The translations under genes and the position numbers were made by a program. The notes below the pieces were generated by a model. That model did no database searches and had not been told where the DNA came from. It saw nothing but the letters and a program-made list of their open reading frames with translations. Shown here in pieces: positions 16,861-26,362 of a stretch of 42,423 nt of DNA (its first letter is position 1; each line of letters begins with the position of its first letter). Source of the stretch: Candidatus Woesearchaeota archaeon (lineage in GTDB: Archaea > Nanobdellota > Nanobdellia > Woesearchaeales > JAAOYA01); the NCBI GenBank assembly GCA_018221105.1, contig JAAOYA010000011.1:1-42423 (forward strand), written 5' to 3'.

Positions 16861-17675
16861 TTGAACGCAAGATAGTTGAACAAAAAATTAAAGAGTTTGA
16901 AGTAGAAGAATTTGTAGCAAAAAATCTCAAAGGTGCTGGCCACTCTAAAACATTATTGCAAAAAACTCCTCTTGGAGAAAAAATCATTATTAGTGCTGCA
17001 AAGCCTGGGATGATTGTTGGACGCAAGGGAGAAAACATTAACACTCTAACAAAAACATTAAAGAAAAAATTTAATTTAGAAAACCCACAAATTGAAATTG
17101 CAGAAGTTGAAAACATTAATTTAGATCCTAAAATTGTCGCAGAGCGAATAGCCAACACTTTGGAAAATTATGGTTCAAACCGTTTTAAAGGCGCTATGCA
17201 CCGCGCTGTTGAAGACGTTATTAGCGCTGGGGCTTTAGGGGTTGAAGTTTTGATCTCTGGAAAAATTCCAAGCTCTAGAGCACGCACTTGGAGAGCTTTT
17301 AAAGGATACCTAAAAAAATGTGGTGATATCGCGATTACAGGAATCAAAAAGGCTTATTCTACTGCAAACCTAAAAACTGGAGCTGTTGGAATAATCGTTA
17401 GCATCATGACACCTGACGTTGTACTGCCTGACAATATCACTATTAAAAAAGTTGGTGATGCACAAGTAGAAGGCGGTGTTGTAGAAGAAGTCACACAAAA
17501 AGAAGAATTACAAGAAGCAAAAAAAGAAGTTGAAAAAGTACCAAAAACTGATGATAAAAAAATTGCAAAGTCAAAAGAAAAAAAACCAGAAGCTAAAATT
17601 ATTAAAGAAACAGCAAAAAAAACAATAAAGAAAGCTGAAAAGAAAACAGTCAAAAAAACTGTTAAGAAAAAATGA
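16857..17675 (+). CDS. rps3: 30S ribosomal protein uS3 with Lys-rich C-terminal extension
   Basis: KPGMIVGRKG KH motif, GALGVEVLISGK, GYLKKCG. Confidence 0.97.
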   Translation: MIERKIVEQKIKEFEVEEFVAKNLKGAGHSKTLLQKTPLGEKIIISAAKPGMIVGRKGENINTLTKTLKKKFNLENPQIEIAEVENINLDPKIVAERIANTLENYGSNRFKGAMHRAVEDVISAGALGVEVLISGKIPSSRARTWRAFKGYLKKCGDIAITGIKKAYSTANLKTGAVGIIVSIMTPDVVLPDNITIKKVGDAQVEGGVVEEVTQKEELQEAKKEVEKVPKTDDKKIAKSKEKKPEAKIIKETAKKTIKKAEKKTVKKTVKKK

Positions 17676-17875
17676 AAGCACAACAAATTGCTAACATGAG
17701 CGAAAAAGACATTGAAAGTAAATTTGCAGAATTGCAAAAAGAGCTTGTTAAATTAAGAGCTCAAAATGCTACTGGTAGTGCTCCACAAAACAATCAACAA
17801 ATAAAAAATATCAAGCGATTAATCGCTAGGATACTAACCCAAAACAACAAAACGAGGAAGCAAACAAAAATATGA
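17672..17875 (+). CDS. rpl29: 50S ribosomal protein uL29
   Basis: ELQKELVKLRAQ...IKRLIARILT. Confidence 0.93.
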   Translation: MKAQQIANMSEKDIESKFAELQKELVKLRAQNATGSAPQNNQQIKNIKRLIARILTQNNKTRKQTKI

Positions 17876-18180
17876 ACCAAATATGCACTAAGTGCGGATT
17901 GCCGAGTGAACTTTGTGTTTGTGAAACAATTGCAAAAGAATCACAAAAAATACTTGTTCGGCTTGAAAAACGCAAGTTTGGAAAAAAATATACCGTCATT
18001 GACGGAATTGACAACAAAGAAATCGACATCAAAGACGTTACAAAAAAGCTCAAAAACGAGCTTGCCTGTGGCGGAACATTCAAACAAAGCAGTATTGAAC
18101 TGCAAGGAAATCACAAAAACAAAGTCAAAAAAGTGCTTGTCAAACTCGGCTTTTCAGCTGAGACAATTGAAGCAAAGTAA
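17872..18180 (+). CDS. Translation initiation factor aIF1 (SUI1/YciH)
   Basis: CTKCGLPSELCVC...LACGGTFK...IELQGNH. Confidence 0.95.
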   Translation: MNQICTKCGLPSELCVCETIAKESQKILVRLEKRKFGKKYTVIDGIDNKEIDIKDVTKKLKNELACGGTFKQSSIELQGNHKNKVKKVLVKLGFSAETIEAK

Positions 18181-18210
18181 AGCACTGTTTTGGAGGAAAA
18201 ATATTAGAAA

Positions 18211-18546
18211 ATGACTAAAAACATCGGAGTGCAAGTAACGCCTCCAAAAAACGAATGCACTGACAAACTGTGCCCTTTTCATGGTAGTTTAAGTGTTCGA
18301 GGTAGAACTTTTGAAGGAGTTGTTACTAGCAGTAAAGCTACAAAAACAGCTTATGTTAGTTGGCAACGACAAATTTACATTTCAAAATACCAGCGTTACA
18401 CTAAAAAAAGCAGCAAGGTTGCAGCACACAATCCTCCATGCATTAACGCTCAAGAAGGTGACAAAGTAAAAATAATGGAGACTAGACCATTATCCAAAAC
18501 TAAACACTTTGTAATAATTGAAAAACAAGAAGAAAGCATAAAATGA
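18211..18546 (+). CDS. rps17: 30S ribosomal protein uS17
   Basis: CTDKLCPFHG...AHNPPC...ETRPLSKTKHF. Confidence 0.97.
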   Translation: MTKNIGVQVTPPKNECTDKLCPFHGSLSVRGRTFEGVVTSSKATKTAYVSWQRQIYISKYQRYTKKSSKVAAHNPPCINAQEGDKVKIMETRPLSKTKHFVIIEKQEESIK

Positions 18547-18944
18547 AAGCTGTAAAATCAACAATCACTCGCGCCATTCCTGTAGGCAGCAAAATTGAAA
18601 CTTGTGATAATTCAGGAGCTAAAATAATCAAAATTATTAGTGTTCGCGGTCACAAAACAGTCAAGGGTCAACGCCAAGCAGCAGGCATTGGACACTTAGT
18701 GCAAGCAGCAGTGCAAAAAGGCAGGCCTGACATGCGAAAACAAGTTGTTTTTGCAGTTATAGTACGACAAAAAAAAGAGTTTAATCGTGCTGATGGTACT
18801 AGAATAAAATTTGAAGATAATGCTGCTGTAGTATTAAAAGATGATAAGGGAAACCCAAAAGGAACCATTTTCAAAGGTCCTGTAGCTAAAGAAGCTGCAG
18901 AAAAATGGCCTGGAATTGCAAAAATTGCCAGCATAATAGTATGA
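18543..18944 (+). CDS. rpl14: 50S ribosomal protein uL14
   Basis: DNSGAK...FEDNAAV...KGPVAKEAA. Confidence 0.97.
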   Translation: MKAVKSTITRAIPVGSKIETCDNSGAKIIKIISVRGHKTVKGQRQAAGIGHLVQAAVQKGRPDMRKQVVFAVIVRQKKEFNRADGTRIKFEDNAAVVLKDDKGNPKGTIFKGPVAKEAAEKWPGIAKIASIIV

Positions 18945-18954
18945 GGATTACAAA

Positions 18955-19353
18955 ATGACTAGAATTTATTCAACAAAGTGGAAAGCTTCCAAAGAAAGTG
19001 CTAAACAAAGAAAATATCAGTTGAACGCTCCACTACACAAAAGAGCAAAACTGACAAGTTCAAATCTTTCAAAAGATTTGAGAAAAAAGCATGGTATTAG
19101 AAGTATTGGTTTGCGTTTGGGCGATAAAGTAAAAATAATGCGTGGCCAATTTAAGGGCACAACTGGAAAAGTAGAAAAAGTCATTCGAAAAGATTACAAA
19201 GCAATAATTAGTGGTATTAACATCACAAAAAAGGATGGTAGCACAACACAATACCCTATTGGAGCGTCAAATCTTCAAATTATTGAATTAACGCTTGATG
19301 ATAAGAAAAGAATCAAAAAACAATCAAAACAAGGAGAGCAAAAGAATGGTTAA
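18955..19353 (+). CDS. rpl24: 50S ribosomal protein uL24
   Basis: KQRKY...APLH...GDKVKIMRGQFKG KOW motif. Confidence 0.96.
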   Translation: MTRIYSTKWKASKESAKQRKYQLNAPLHKRAKLTSSNLSKDLRKKHGIRSIGLRLGDKVKIMRGQFKGTTGKVEKVIRKDYKAIISGINITKKDGSTTQYPIGASNLQIIELTLDDKKRIKKQSKQGEQKNG

Positions 19354-20044
19354 AAATCACTTGAAAAGATTATTCGCAAAAAAGACTTGGCCTATAAAAC
19401 GCAAGGGTCCTGGAAGACGTTATATTAGTAAACCTAACCCCTCAGGTCACAAGCAAGAGCTTGCAGTATCATTAAATGTACTACTTAGAGATATGTTAAA
19501 AGTTGCTAAAACAAAAAAAGAAGTTAAAAATATCTTAAAAAATCAAGTTGTTTTAGTTGATGGCAAAAGACGCCATGATGAAAAACACGGTGTTGGATTG
19601 TTTGATGTTATTAACATTGAAAAACTAAAAACCAGTTATCGATTAACACTAAATGATAAAGGACTATTGACTGCCATAAAAATTAGTGATGCTGAAGCAG
19701 CATTAAAACCTGTAAAAGTCACTAGCAAGAAAATACTTTCAAAAAACAGCATTCAATTGAACATGCTTGGCGGACATAACTTACTAGTAAAAAAAGACAC
19801 TTACAAAACAAACAACACTTTAGTTATCGAATTAAAAAATAATAGCATAAAAAAAGAATTACCAATGCAAAAAGGCAGTCAGGCTTTTTTGATCGGCGGC
19901 AAAAAAATCGGCAGTGTTGGAAGTATTGAAAGCATTGAAGGCGATACAATACTTATCAAAAAAGGCGATGATGTTTTTGAAACACTAAAAAAGTTTGCTA
20001 TTGTGATAGGAGAGAAAAAATCAGAGTTTAAAGTTAGTGAATAA
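19346..20044 (+). CDS. rps4e: 30S ribosomal protein eS4
   Basis: HLKRL...WPIKRK...VLVDGKRR...GLFDVI. ATG 19346 follows AGGAG. Confidence 0.95.
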   Translation: MVKNHLKRLFAKKTWPIKRKGPGRRYISKPNPSGHKQELAVSLNVLLRDMLKVAKTKKEVKNILKNQVVLVDGKRRHDEKHGVGLFDVINIEKLKTSYRLTLNDKGLLTAIKISDAEAALKPVKVTSKKILSKNSIQLNMLGGHNLLVKKDTYKTNNTLVIELKNNSIKKELPMQKGSQAFLIGGKKIGSVGSIESIEGDTILIKKGDDVFETLKKFAIVIGEKKSEFKVSE

Positions 20045-20046
20045 AA

Positions 20047-20562
20047 ATGAACCCTATGAAAAAAGTTAGCATTGAAAAATTAACGCTCAACATTGGAGCT
20101 GGAAAAGACACTGTAAAACTAGAAAAAGGTATCAAATTATTAAAAAATATTGTTGGTATCGAACCAGTAAAAACAGTCACTAACAAGAGAATTCCTACTT
20201 GGGGATTGCGACCTGGACTGCCTATTGGCTGCAAGATAACACTAAGAGGAGAGCAAGCTAATACACTAGCAAAAAGATTACTAGAAGCAAAAGAGAATAT
20301 CTTAAAAGAAAGCCAAATTGACGTTAACGGAAATGTCAGCTTTGGAATTCATGAGTACATTGACATTCCAGAACTAAAGTATGATCCAGACCTTGGAATT
20401 ATGGGATTGCAAGTCACTATCACACTAAAAAAACCAGGTCTTAGAATTACTAAAAGACGATTGTATAAGACAAAACTTCCAAAACAACAAAAAGTTTCAA
20501 AAGAAGAAGCTATCAAGTTCATGCAAGAAGAGTATAAAATTAAATTTGGTGATGCAGAGTGA
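20047..20562 (+). CDS. rpl5: 50S ribosomal protein uL5
   Basis: MNPMKK...LNIGAG...PIGCKITLRG...SFGIHEYIDIP...YDPDLGIMG. Confidence 0.97.
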   Translation: MNPMKKVSIEKLTLNIGAGKDTVKLEKGIKLLKNIVGIEPVKTVTNKRIPTWGLRPGLPIGCKITLRGEQANTLAKRLLEAKENILKESQIDVNGNVSFGIHEYIDIPELKYDPDLGIMGLQVTITLKKPGLRITKRRLYKTKLPKQQKVSKEEAIKFMQEEYKIKFGDAE

Positions 20563-20789
20563 CTGTAAGCAATTATAATAAAGTATTCAAGCAATTAAAG
20601 GCAAAGCCTACAATACTAAAAAAGTATAACAAGCACAACAAGCCCAAAACTCGCAGTTGTGGCAAGAATTTAAAAAAATGTCGCCGTTGCGAGCGACGCG
20701 GAGCTCACATTGCAAGTTACGGCCTTGGACTTTGCAGGCAGTGCTTTCGTGAGATAGCAACCAGTATTGGCTTTAAAAAAATGGATTAG
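20559..20789 (+). CDS. rps14: 30S ribosomal protein uS14 (Zn-binding, N-terminally extended)
   Basis: CRRC...LCRQCFREIA...GFKK; GTG start overlapping the rpl5 stop. Confidence 0.95.
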   Translation: MTVSNYNKVFKQLKAKPTILKKYNKHNKPKTRSCGKNLKKCRRCERRGAHIASYGLGLCRQCFREIATSIGFKKMD

Positions 20790-20800
20790 GAAAGATTAAA

Positions 20801-21193
20801 ATGGTTATGAATGATACACTAGCATCGGCGTTGTCAAAGATTAACAATGCAGAAAAACGACACAAGCAAACAGTACAAATATTTCCGTCAACAAAATTGT
20901 TAAAGCAAGTTCTTGCAATAATGCAAGATACTGGTTATGTTGGAGAATTTGTAGAAGTTAAAGACTCTAAAGGTAATTATTTGACTGTTAACCTGATAAA
21001 AAGGTTTAACCAGTGTGGCGCTATCAAGCCACGCTATACCATTAAAAAAGATGGTGTTGAAAGTTTTGAAAAGCGCTATCTTCCAGCTAAAGGTTTTGGT
21101 TACTTAATTGTTTCAACGCCCAATGGTTTGATGACTCACGAGCAAGCTTTTGAAAAAAATATTGGGGGCAAACTAATAGCATATTTTTACTGA
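20801..21193 (+). CDS. rps8: 30S ribosomal protein uS8
   Basis: NDTLASALS...CGAIKPR...LPAKGFG...GGKLIAY. Confidence 0.97.
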   Translation: MVMNDTLASALSKINNAEKRHKQTVQIFPSTKLLKQVLAIMQDTGYVGEFVEVKDSKGNYLTVNLIKRFNQCGAIKPRYTIKKDGVESFEKRYLPAKGFGYLIVSTPNGLMTHEQAFEKNIGGKLIAYFY

Positions 21194-21197
21194 TAAA

Positions 21198-21761
21198 ATG
21201 ACTAAACAAAAAACTGAAAAGGTAATGCTTACAGAGCAAGTTGTACAATTGCCGCAAGGCGTTAGTGCAAGCTATCAAGATGGTATTTTAACAGTTACTG
21301 GTCCTGCAGGATCTAACAAAAAAAAGCTTTTTATCCCTTCGCTTAACATTAAAGTTGAAGGCGATACTATTGTTATCAAACCATTAAAAAATACTAAGAA
21401 TGAAAAAAAGTTATTGTTCACTTTCAGAGCTCATGTTAAAAATCTTGTTTTGGGAGTAGAAAACGCATTTGTTTACAAGTTAAAAATTTGCAGTGGACAC
21501 TTTCCAATGAGTGTTAGCATTAATGGCAACGAATTTACTATTAAGAATTTTATTGGCGAGAAAGTTCCAAGAACTGTTAAAATTTTAGAAGACGCTAAAG
21601 TAGTTATTAATGGAGATTTAATAATTGTTGAGAGTACTAACAAAGAATCAGCAGGGCAAATGGCTGCCAGAATTGAAAAAATGACTAGACGGCCTGGTTT
21701 TGATACTAGAATATTTCAAGATGGTATTTACATTGTAGAAAAAGCTGGCAAGGTACTATAA
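21198..21761 (+). CDS. rpl6: 50S ribosomal protein uL6
   Basis: HFPMSV...NFIGEKVPR...DTRIFQDGIYI. Confidence 0.97.
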   Translation: MTKQKTEKVMLTEQVVQLPQGVSASYQDGILTVTGPAGSNKKKLFIPSLNIKVEGDTIVIKPLKNTKNEKKLLFTFRAHVKNLVLGVENAFVYKLKICSGHFPMSVSINGNEFTIKNFIGEKVPRTVKILEDAKVVINGDLIIVESTNKESAGQMAARIEKMTRRPGFDTRIFQDGIYIVEKAGKVL

Positions 21762-21762
21762 A

Positions 21763-22335
21763 ATGAAAACTTTACTAGAATTAAAAAAAGCATTAAAGAA
21801 AAAAATGCCTGATTTTAAACGCCAAGATAGTCATAAAAAGAAGCGTTTAAACCCTGGTTGGAGAAAACCAAAGGGTAGTGATACTAAAGTTGGCCGCCAG
21901 TGGAAGTCAAGACCTGCAAAGGTCAAGAAAGGTTTTAGGACTCCGCTAAAAACTCGTCATTTAACACTTAAAGGACTGCAGTTATCGAATGTTTCAAAAA
22001 TCAGTCAATTGCAAGATGTTGACCCATCAAAAACTGTTGTTGTAATAAATGGTGGTGTTGGACGCAAAAAATTGTTACTTATGCTTGCGGATTGTGAAAA
22101 GCGCAATATCACTGTTGTCAATCATAAATTGTCAGCTGCAAAACTGCAAGAACAAATTGTTGCAGAAAAAAAGGTCAAAGCTGAGAAGATTACATCACGC
22201 CAGCAGAGCAAAAAAGCGCGTGAAAAAACAGCTCAAAAGAAAAAAGACGAAGAGAAAAAATCACAGGAAGAAAGTAAAGATGAGCAAACAGAAAAGAAAG
22301 AACAGGATAAAGTTTTGACTAAACGAGAGGCTTGA
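21763..22335 (+). CDS. rpl32e: 50S ribosomal protein eL32 with charged C-terminal extension
   Basis: PDFKRQDSHKKKRL...WRKPKG...GFRTP. Confidence 0.93.
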   Translation: MKTLLELKKALKKKMPDFKRQDSHKKKRLNPGWRKPKGSDTKVGRQWKSRPAKVKKGFRTPLKTRHLTLKGLQLSNVSKISQLQDVDPSKTVVVINGGVGRKKLLLMLADCEKRNITVVNHKLSAAKLQEQIVAEKKVKAEKITSRQQSKKAREKTAQKKKDEEKKSQEESKDEQTEKKEQDKVLTKREA

Positions 22336-22337
22336 AT

Positions 22338-22805
22338 ATGAGTGATTTAAAATTACAAAAAAGGCTTGCTGCCCAAGCAATGGACTGCTCACCTAAAAGA
22401 GTTGCTTTTGATACTACACAACTTGAAAGAATCAAGGAAGCAATCACTAAAACTGACATTAAATCACTTATAAAAAATGGTGTTATAATCATCAAACCTA
22501 TACAAGGCATATCACGTGCTCGCGCTAGAAAGATAATGGTTCAAAAGCGTAAAGGTTTACAAAAAGGTCATGGTTCGAGAAAAGGAACTAAAAAAGCACG
22601 ATTGCCAAAAAAAACAGTATGGCAAAATAAGGTTCGTGTCATGCGACGCTTATTGAAAGTTATGCGTGATAAAAAAATACTTCCAACAAGCACTTACAGA
22701 TCGCTGTACTTGAAAGTTAAAGGAGGATTTTTTAGAAGCAAACGACACCTCAAAGGTTATATTGGCGATCATGATTTAGCACAACAAAAACAATTGAAAA
22801 AATGA
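22338..22805 (+). CDS. rpl19e: 50S ribosomal protein eL19
   Basis: LKLQKRLAA...AITKTDIK...GHGSRKG...[11 protein letters not shown]. Confidence 0.96.
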   Translation: MSDLKLQKRLAAQAMDCSPKRVAFDTTQLERIKEAITKTDIKSLIKNGVIIIKPIQGISRARARKIMVQKRKGLQKGHGSRKGTKKARLPKKTVWQNKVRVMRRLLKVMRDKKILPTSTYRSLYLKVKGGFFRSKRHLKGYIGDHDLAQQKQLKK

Positions 22806-23380
22806 AGATTAACAAGAGATTAACAGTGCCTTTTAGGCGCAAACGCGAGCAGCGAACAAATTATAGAAAACGTATAGCCTTGCTAAAAAGCAACATTGCG
22901 CGATTAGTTATTAGAAAAACATTAAATGGTGTGATAGTGCAATTAGTAACCTATGATCCTAAAGGTGATAAAGTGTTGGTCACAGTTCAGTCAAAAAGTT
23001 TAGAAAAGTTTGGTTGGCCAACAAAAGGCAACACTCCGAGCGCATACCTTACAGGTTATTTACTAGCAAAAAAAAGTCCTGTGAAAAAAGCTATTGTTGA
23101 TATTGGTCTACACACTCCTGTTAGGGGTTCAAGACTGTTTGCAGTAGTTAAGGGAGCTGTTGATGGCGGGTTAGATGTTGTTCACTCACAAGAAGCATTA
23201 CCATCTGATGAGCGCATCAGTGGAGCGCACATTGCAAATTATGCTAAAAGCTTGGCTAGTGATAAGAAAAACTATCAAGCAAAGTTTTCAAAATACTTAA
23301 AAAACAAGGTTAATCCAGAAACTTTGCCTGAATTGTTTGAAAAAACAAAGGCAAAGATTGAACAGGAGAAAACAAAATGA
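22802..23380 (+). CDS. rpl18: 50S ribosomal protein uL18
   Basis: [14 protein letters not shown]...NTPSAYLTG...KGAVDGGL. Confidence 0.96.
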   Translation: MKINKRLTVPFRRKREQRTNYRKRIALLKSNIARLVIRKTLNGVIVQLVTYDPKGDKVLVTVQSKSLEKFGWPTKGNTPSAYLTGYLLAKKSPVKKAIVDIGLHTPVRGSRLFAVVKGAVDGGLDVVHSQEALPSDERISGAHIANYAKSLASDKKNYQAKFSKYLKNKVNPETLPELFEKTKAKIEQEKTK

Positions 23381-24138
23381 GAAAAAAACAACCAAGGCAA
23401 CAAAGACAACAATTTCAAAAAACTGATGATACTGTTGATTGGAAGCCAAAAACAGATATTGGCAAAAAAGTCAAGAGTGGAGAGATTAAAAATCTTTATG
23501 AGATTATTGATAGTGGAAAAAGGATTTTAGAACCTCAAATAGTTGATGTTTTAGAGCCAGAACTAAAAACTGAATTGTTACTTATTGGTCAAGCTAAAGG
23601 AAAGTTTGGCGGTGGGCAACGCAGGATTTTTCGCCAAACACAAAAAAAGACTCGTGAAGGTAACAAACCAAAATTTTCTACTTGTGCTGTTGTTGGCAAT
23701 GAAGATGGACTTGTAGGTATTGGTTATGGTAAAGCTAAAGAAACTGTTCCAGCTAGAGAGAAGGCTTTTCGCAAAGCAAAACTTAACATAATCAAAGTTC
23801 CTCGTGGTTGTGGTAGTTGGCAGTGCGGTTGTGGAACACCTCACACAATACCTTTTAATGTAGAAGGAAAGGTTGGCAGTGTTATTGTAAAGCTTATGCC
23901 TGCACCTAAAGGTACTGGACTTGTTTGTGAAAAAGAATTACAAAAAGTGCTTCGCTTTGCAGGAATTACAGACGTGTGGTCTAAAACAGAAGGTCGCTCT
24001 AGAACAAAACTTAATCTTTTAATGGCTTGTTTTAAAGCATTAAAAAAACTCAGCCAGGTTAAAGTTCCACAAAAGGCTGCTTTGACTATTGGAATGATTG
24101 AAGGAAGCAGTAAATTGGCAGGAGAACAAAATGAGTAA
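23377..24138 (+). CDS. rps5: 30S ribosomal protein uS5
   Basis: WKPKT...VGNEDG...RGCGSWQC...PAPKGTGL. Confidence 0.97.
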   Translation: MRKKQPRQQRQQFQKTDDTVDWKPKTDIGKKVKSGEIKNLYEIIDSGKRILEPQIVDVLEPELKTELLLIGQAKGKFGGGQRRIFRQTQKKTREGNKPKFSTCAVVGNEDGLVGIGYGKAKETVPAREKAFRKAKLNIIKVPRGCGSWQCGCGTPHTIPFNVEGKVGSVIVKLMPAPKGTGLVCEKELQKVLRFAGITDVWSKTEGRSRTKLNLLMACFKALKKLSQVKVPQKAALTIGMIEGSSKLAGEQNE

Positions 24139-24475
24139 TAAATTAGGAGTTATATTGATTCGCAGCACTATGAGTTTAAACCCTGATATTAAAAAGACTC
24201 TTGAATTGTTAAAATTATCAAAAAAGAACAGTCTTGCAATAGTTAGTGACACACCACAATATCGTGGAATGTTGCAAAAAGTCAAAGATTATGTGACTTA
24301 TGGAGAGCTTGATGAAACTTTAATTAAAAGTTTTGATAAACAAAAAATTGTTGGCTTGCACCCGCCACGCGGTGGTTTTGAGCGCAAAGGAATTAAGAAA
24401 AGTTTCACTCAGGGTGGAGCTCTTGGTTATCGCAAAGAAAAAATTAATGATTTAATTAAAAAAATGATGAAGTAA
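24131..24475 (+). CDS. rpl30: 50S ribosomal protein uL30 (short form)
   Basis: GMLQKVKDYVTYGE...LHPPRGGF...GGALGYR. ATG 24131 follows GGAG. Confidence 0.94.
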   Translation: MSNKLGVILIRSTMSLNPDIKKTLELLKLSKKNSLAIVSDTPQYRGMLQKVKDYVTYGELDETLIKSFDKQKIVGLHPPRGGFERKGIKKSFTQGGALGYRKEKINDLIKKMMK

Positions 24476-24476
24476 A

Positions 24477-24947
24477 ATGGTAAACAATATTAGATCAAAA
24501 AGCAGTCGGCACCGTGGAACTAAAACGCACAGTGGTGGCGCTATGAAAAAACGTCGTGGTGCTGGAAACCGTGGCGGTCGCGGCAACGCTGGTAGTGGTA
24601 AACGCGGTGATGCTAGAAAACCATTATTTCAAAAAATTGGTCGCAAATGGGGTCGTAATGGTTTTAAAAATCCTACAACTAAAAAAGTCAGCACTATAAC
24701 TGTCAAGGATTTAGACTTGAAAGCTGAAAGTTTAGGAACAACAGAAGGAAAGTTTATTATTATTGACTTGTCAAAAAAAGGTATTGATAAGGTTTTAGCT
24801 ACTGGTAAAGTAACTAAACCATTAAAAGTTACTGTAAATGTTATTGTTAGCAGAGCTAAAGAAAAGATTGTTGCTGCTGGCGGACAAGTAATAGAATTGC
24901 AAGAAACAAAAAAAGAAGAAGTTGATAGCGAACAACCAACAGACTAA
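24477..24947 (+). CDS. rpl15: 50S ribosomal protein uL15
   Basis: RGAGNRGGRGNAG...KVLATG...AKEKIVAAGG. Confidence 0.96.
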   Translation: MVNNIRSKSSRHRGTKTHSGGAMKKRRGAGNRGGRGNAGSGKRGDARKPLFQKIGRKWGRNGFKNPTTKKVSTITVKDLDLKAESLGTTEGKFIIIDLSKKGIDKVLATGKVTKPLKVTVNVIVSRAKEKIVAAGGQVIELQETKKEEVDSEQPTD

Positions 24948-24969
24948 GTTCGCCTTTTAGAGGTCTACA

Positions 24970-26361
24970 ATGTCGTTTTATGACAAACTAATACAAAATC
25001 TTCCTGAAGTAGTGGGGCCTACGCAGAAACGTTTAGGCTTTAAAGAAAAACTTAAGTGGACTCTTATAATTCTAGTTATATTTTTTGTTTTAGGCCTTGT
25101 GCCACTTTTTGGAATGGGACAAAGCCAACTTGACAATTTTGAAAACCTCAGTCTTATTTTAGGGGCTAGTTTTGGCTCTATAATATCTTTGGGAATAGGG
25201 CCTTTGGTCACAGCGTCTATTGTATTGCAATTATTGAATGGTGCTGGTATTGTAAAGTTTGATCTTACAAGTTCAGAGGGTAAAATTCGTTTTCAAGGAA
25301 CTCAAAAACTCATGAGTTTATTTTTTATAATTTTTGAAGCTATTATTTATGTTTTCATGGGCGGTTTACCTCCTCCTGTTGAATTTGTTGGAACACCGTT
25401 TTATTTTCCACTGCAATTAATTATCGTGTTTCAATTAATCCTTGGCGGTATTCTAATATTGTTCATGGATGAAACTGTTTCAAAGTGGGGTATTGGAAAA
25501 AGCGGCATTAGCTTGTTTATTGCAGCCGGGGTGTCATTGCAATTGTTTACTAGAATTATATCACCTTTGCCATCACCGACAAACCCTGAAATTCCTGTTG
25601 GCGCACTACCATGGCTTTTTAAGGCATTATCTATAAATGATGATCTTGGAGCGCTTTTAGCATTAGCTGCTATAATCGCAACTGTTATTGTTTTTGTAAT
25701 GGCGGTGTACTCTCAGGCTATGAAAGTAGAAATACCATTATCTTTTGGTAGGGTTCGCGGTTATGGTATACGCTGGCCACTAAAATTTATTTACACTTCA
25801 AATATTCCTGTCATTTTGGTTGCTGCACTGCTCGCCAATGTTCAATTGTGGGCACGGCTTTTGCAAAATTGGGGTCACCCCTTTTTGGGAACTTTCAATG
25901 GTAATATTCCAGCTAGTGGTTTTGTACAATGGGTTTACCCGCCAAATCTTGTTGAAAAAGCTTTTACTGGAACTTTAAACTTTTTAGATATTGGTCATGG
26001 AGCTGTTTACATGCTTTTTATGCTGGCAGGCTGCGTGCTTTTTAGTTATTTTTGGGTTCAAACAAGTGGAATGGATGCTAAAAGTCAGGCAAAACAAATT
26101 ATGGCTAGTGGATTGCAAGTTCCAGGATTTCGAAAGGACCCTCGTGTGATGGAGCGATTACTTGATCGTTATATTGGACCATTGACTATTCTTGGCGGGC
26201 TAGCCATAGGTATTTTGGCTGGAATGGCTGATTTATTAGGAGCTTTAGCTAATGGTACTAGCATTTTGCTTGCCGTGATGATTATTTACCAGTTTTATGA
26301 AGAAATTGCAAAAGAGCATTTGATGGATTTGAATCCTGCAATGCGAAAGTTTATGGAATAA
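24970..26361 (+). CDS. secY: Preprotein translocase SecY
   Basis: LPEV...KLKWT...LGIGPLVTASIVLQLL...SGISLFIAAGV...IYTSNIPVIL...PGFRKDP. Confidence 0.98.
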   Translation: MSFYDKLIQNLPEVVGPTQKRLGFKEKLKWTLIILVIFFVLGLVPLFGMGQSQLDNFENLSLILGASFGSIISLGIGPLVTASIVLQLLNGAGIVKFDLTSSEGKIRFQGTQKLMSLFFIIFEAIIYVFMGGLPPPVEFVGTPFYFPLQLIIVFQLILGGILILFMDETVSKWGIGKSGISLFIAAGVSLQLFTRIISPLPSPTNPEIPVGALPWLFKALSINDDLGALLALAAIIATVIVFVMAVYSQAMKVEIPLSFGRVRGYGIRWPLKFIYTSNIPVILVAALLANVQLWARLLQNWGHPFLGTFNGNIPASGFVQWVYPPNLVEKAFTGTLNFLDIGHGAVYMLFMLAGCVLFSYFWVQTSGMDAKSQAKQIMASGLQVPGFRKDPRVMERLLDRYIGPLTILGGLAIGILAGMADLLGALANGTSILLAVMIIYQFYEEIAKEHLMDLNPAMRKFME

Positions 26362-26362
26362 A

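Noticed and set aside
17906..18214. 102-aa +1-frame ORF over aIF1, ending at the uS17 start, considered as a hidden rpp29
   Set aside because: No Rpp29-like sequence; it overlaps aIF1 almost entirely.
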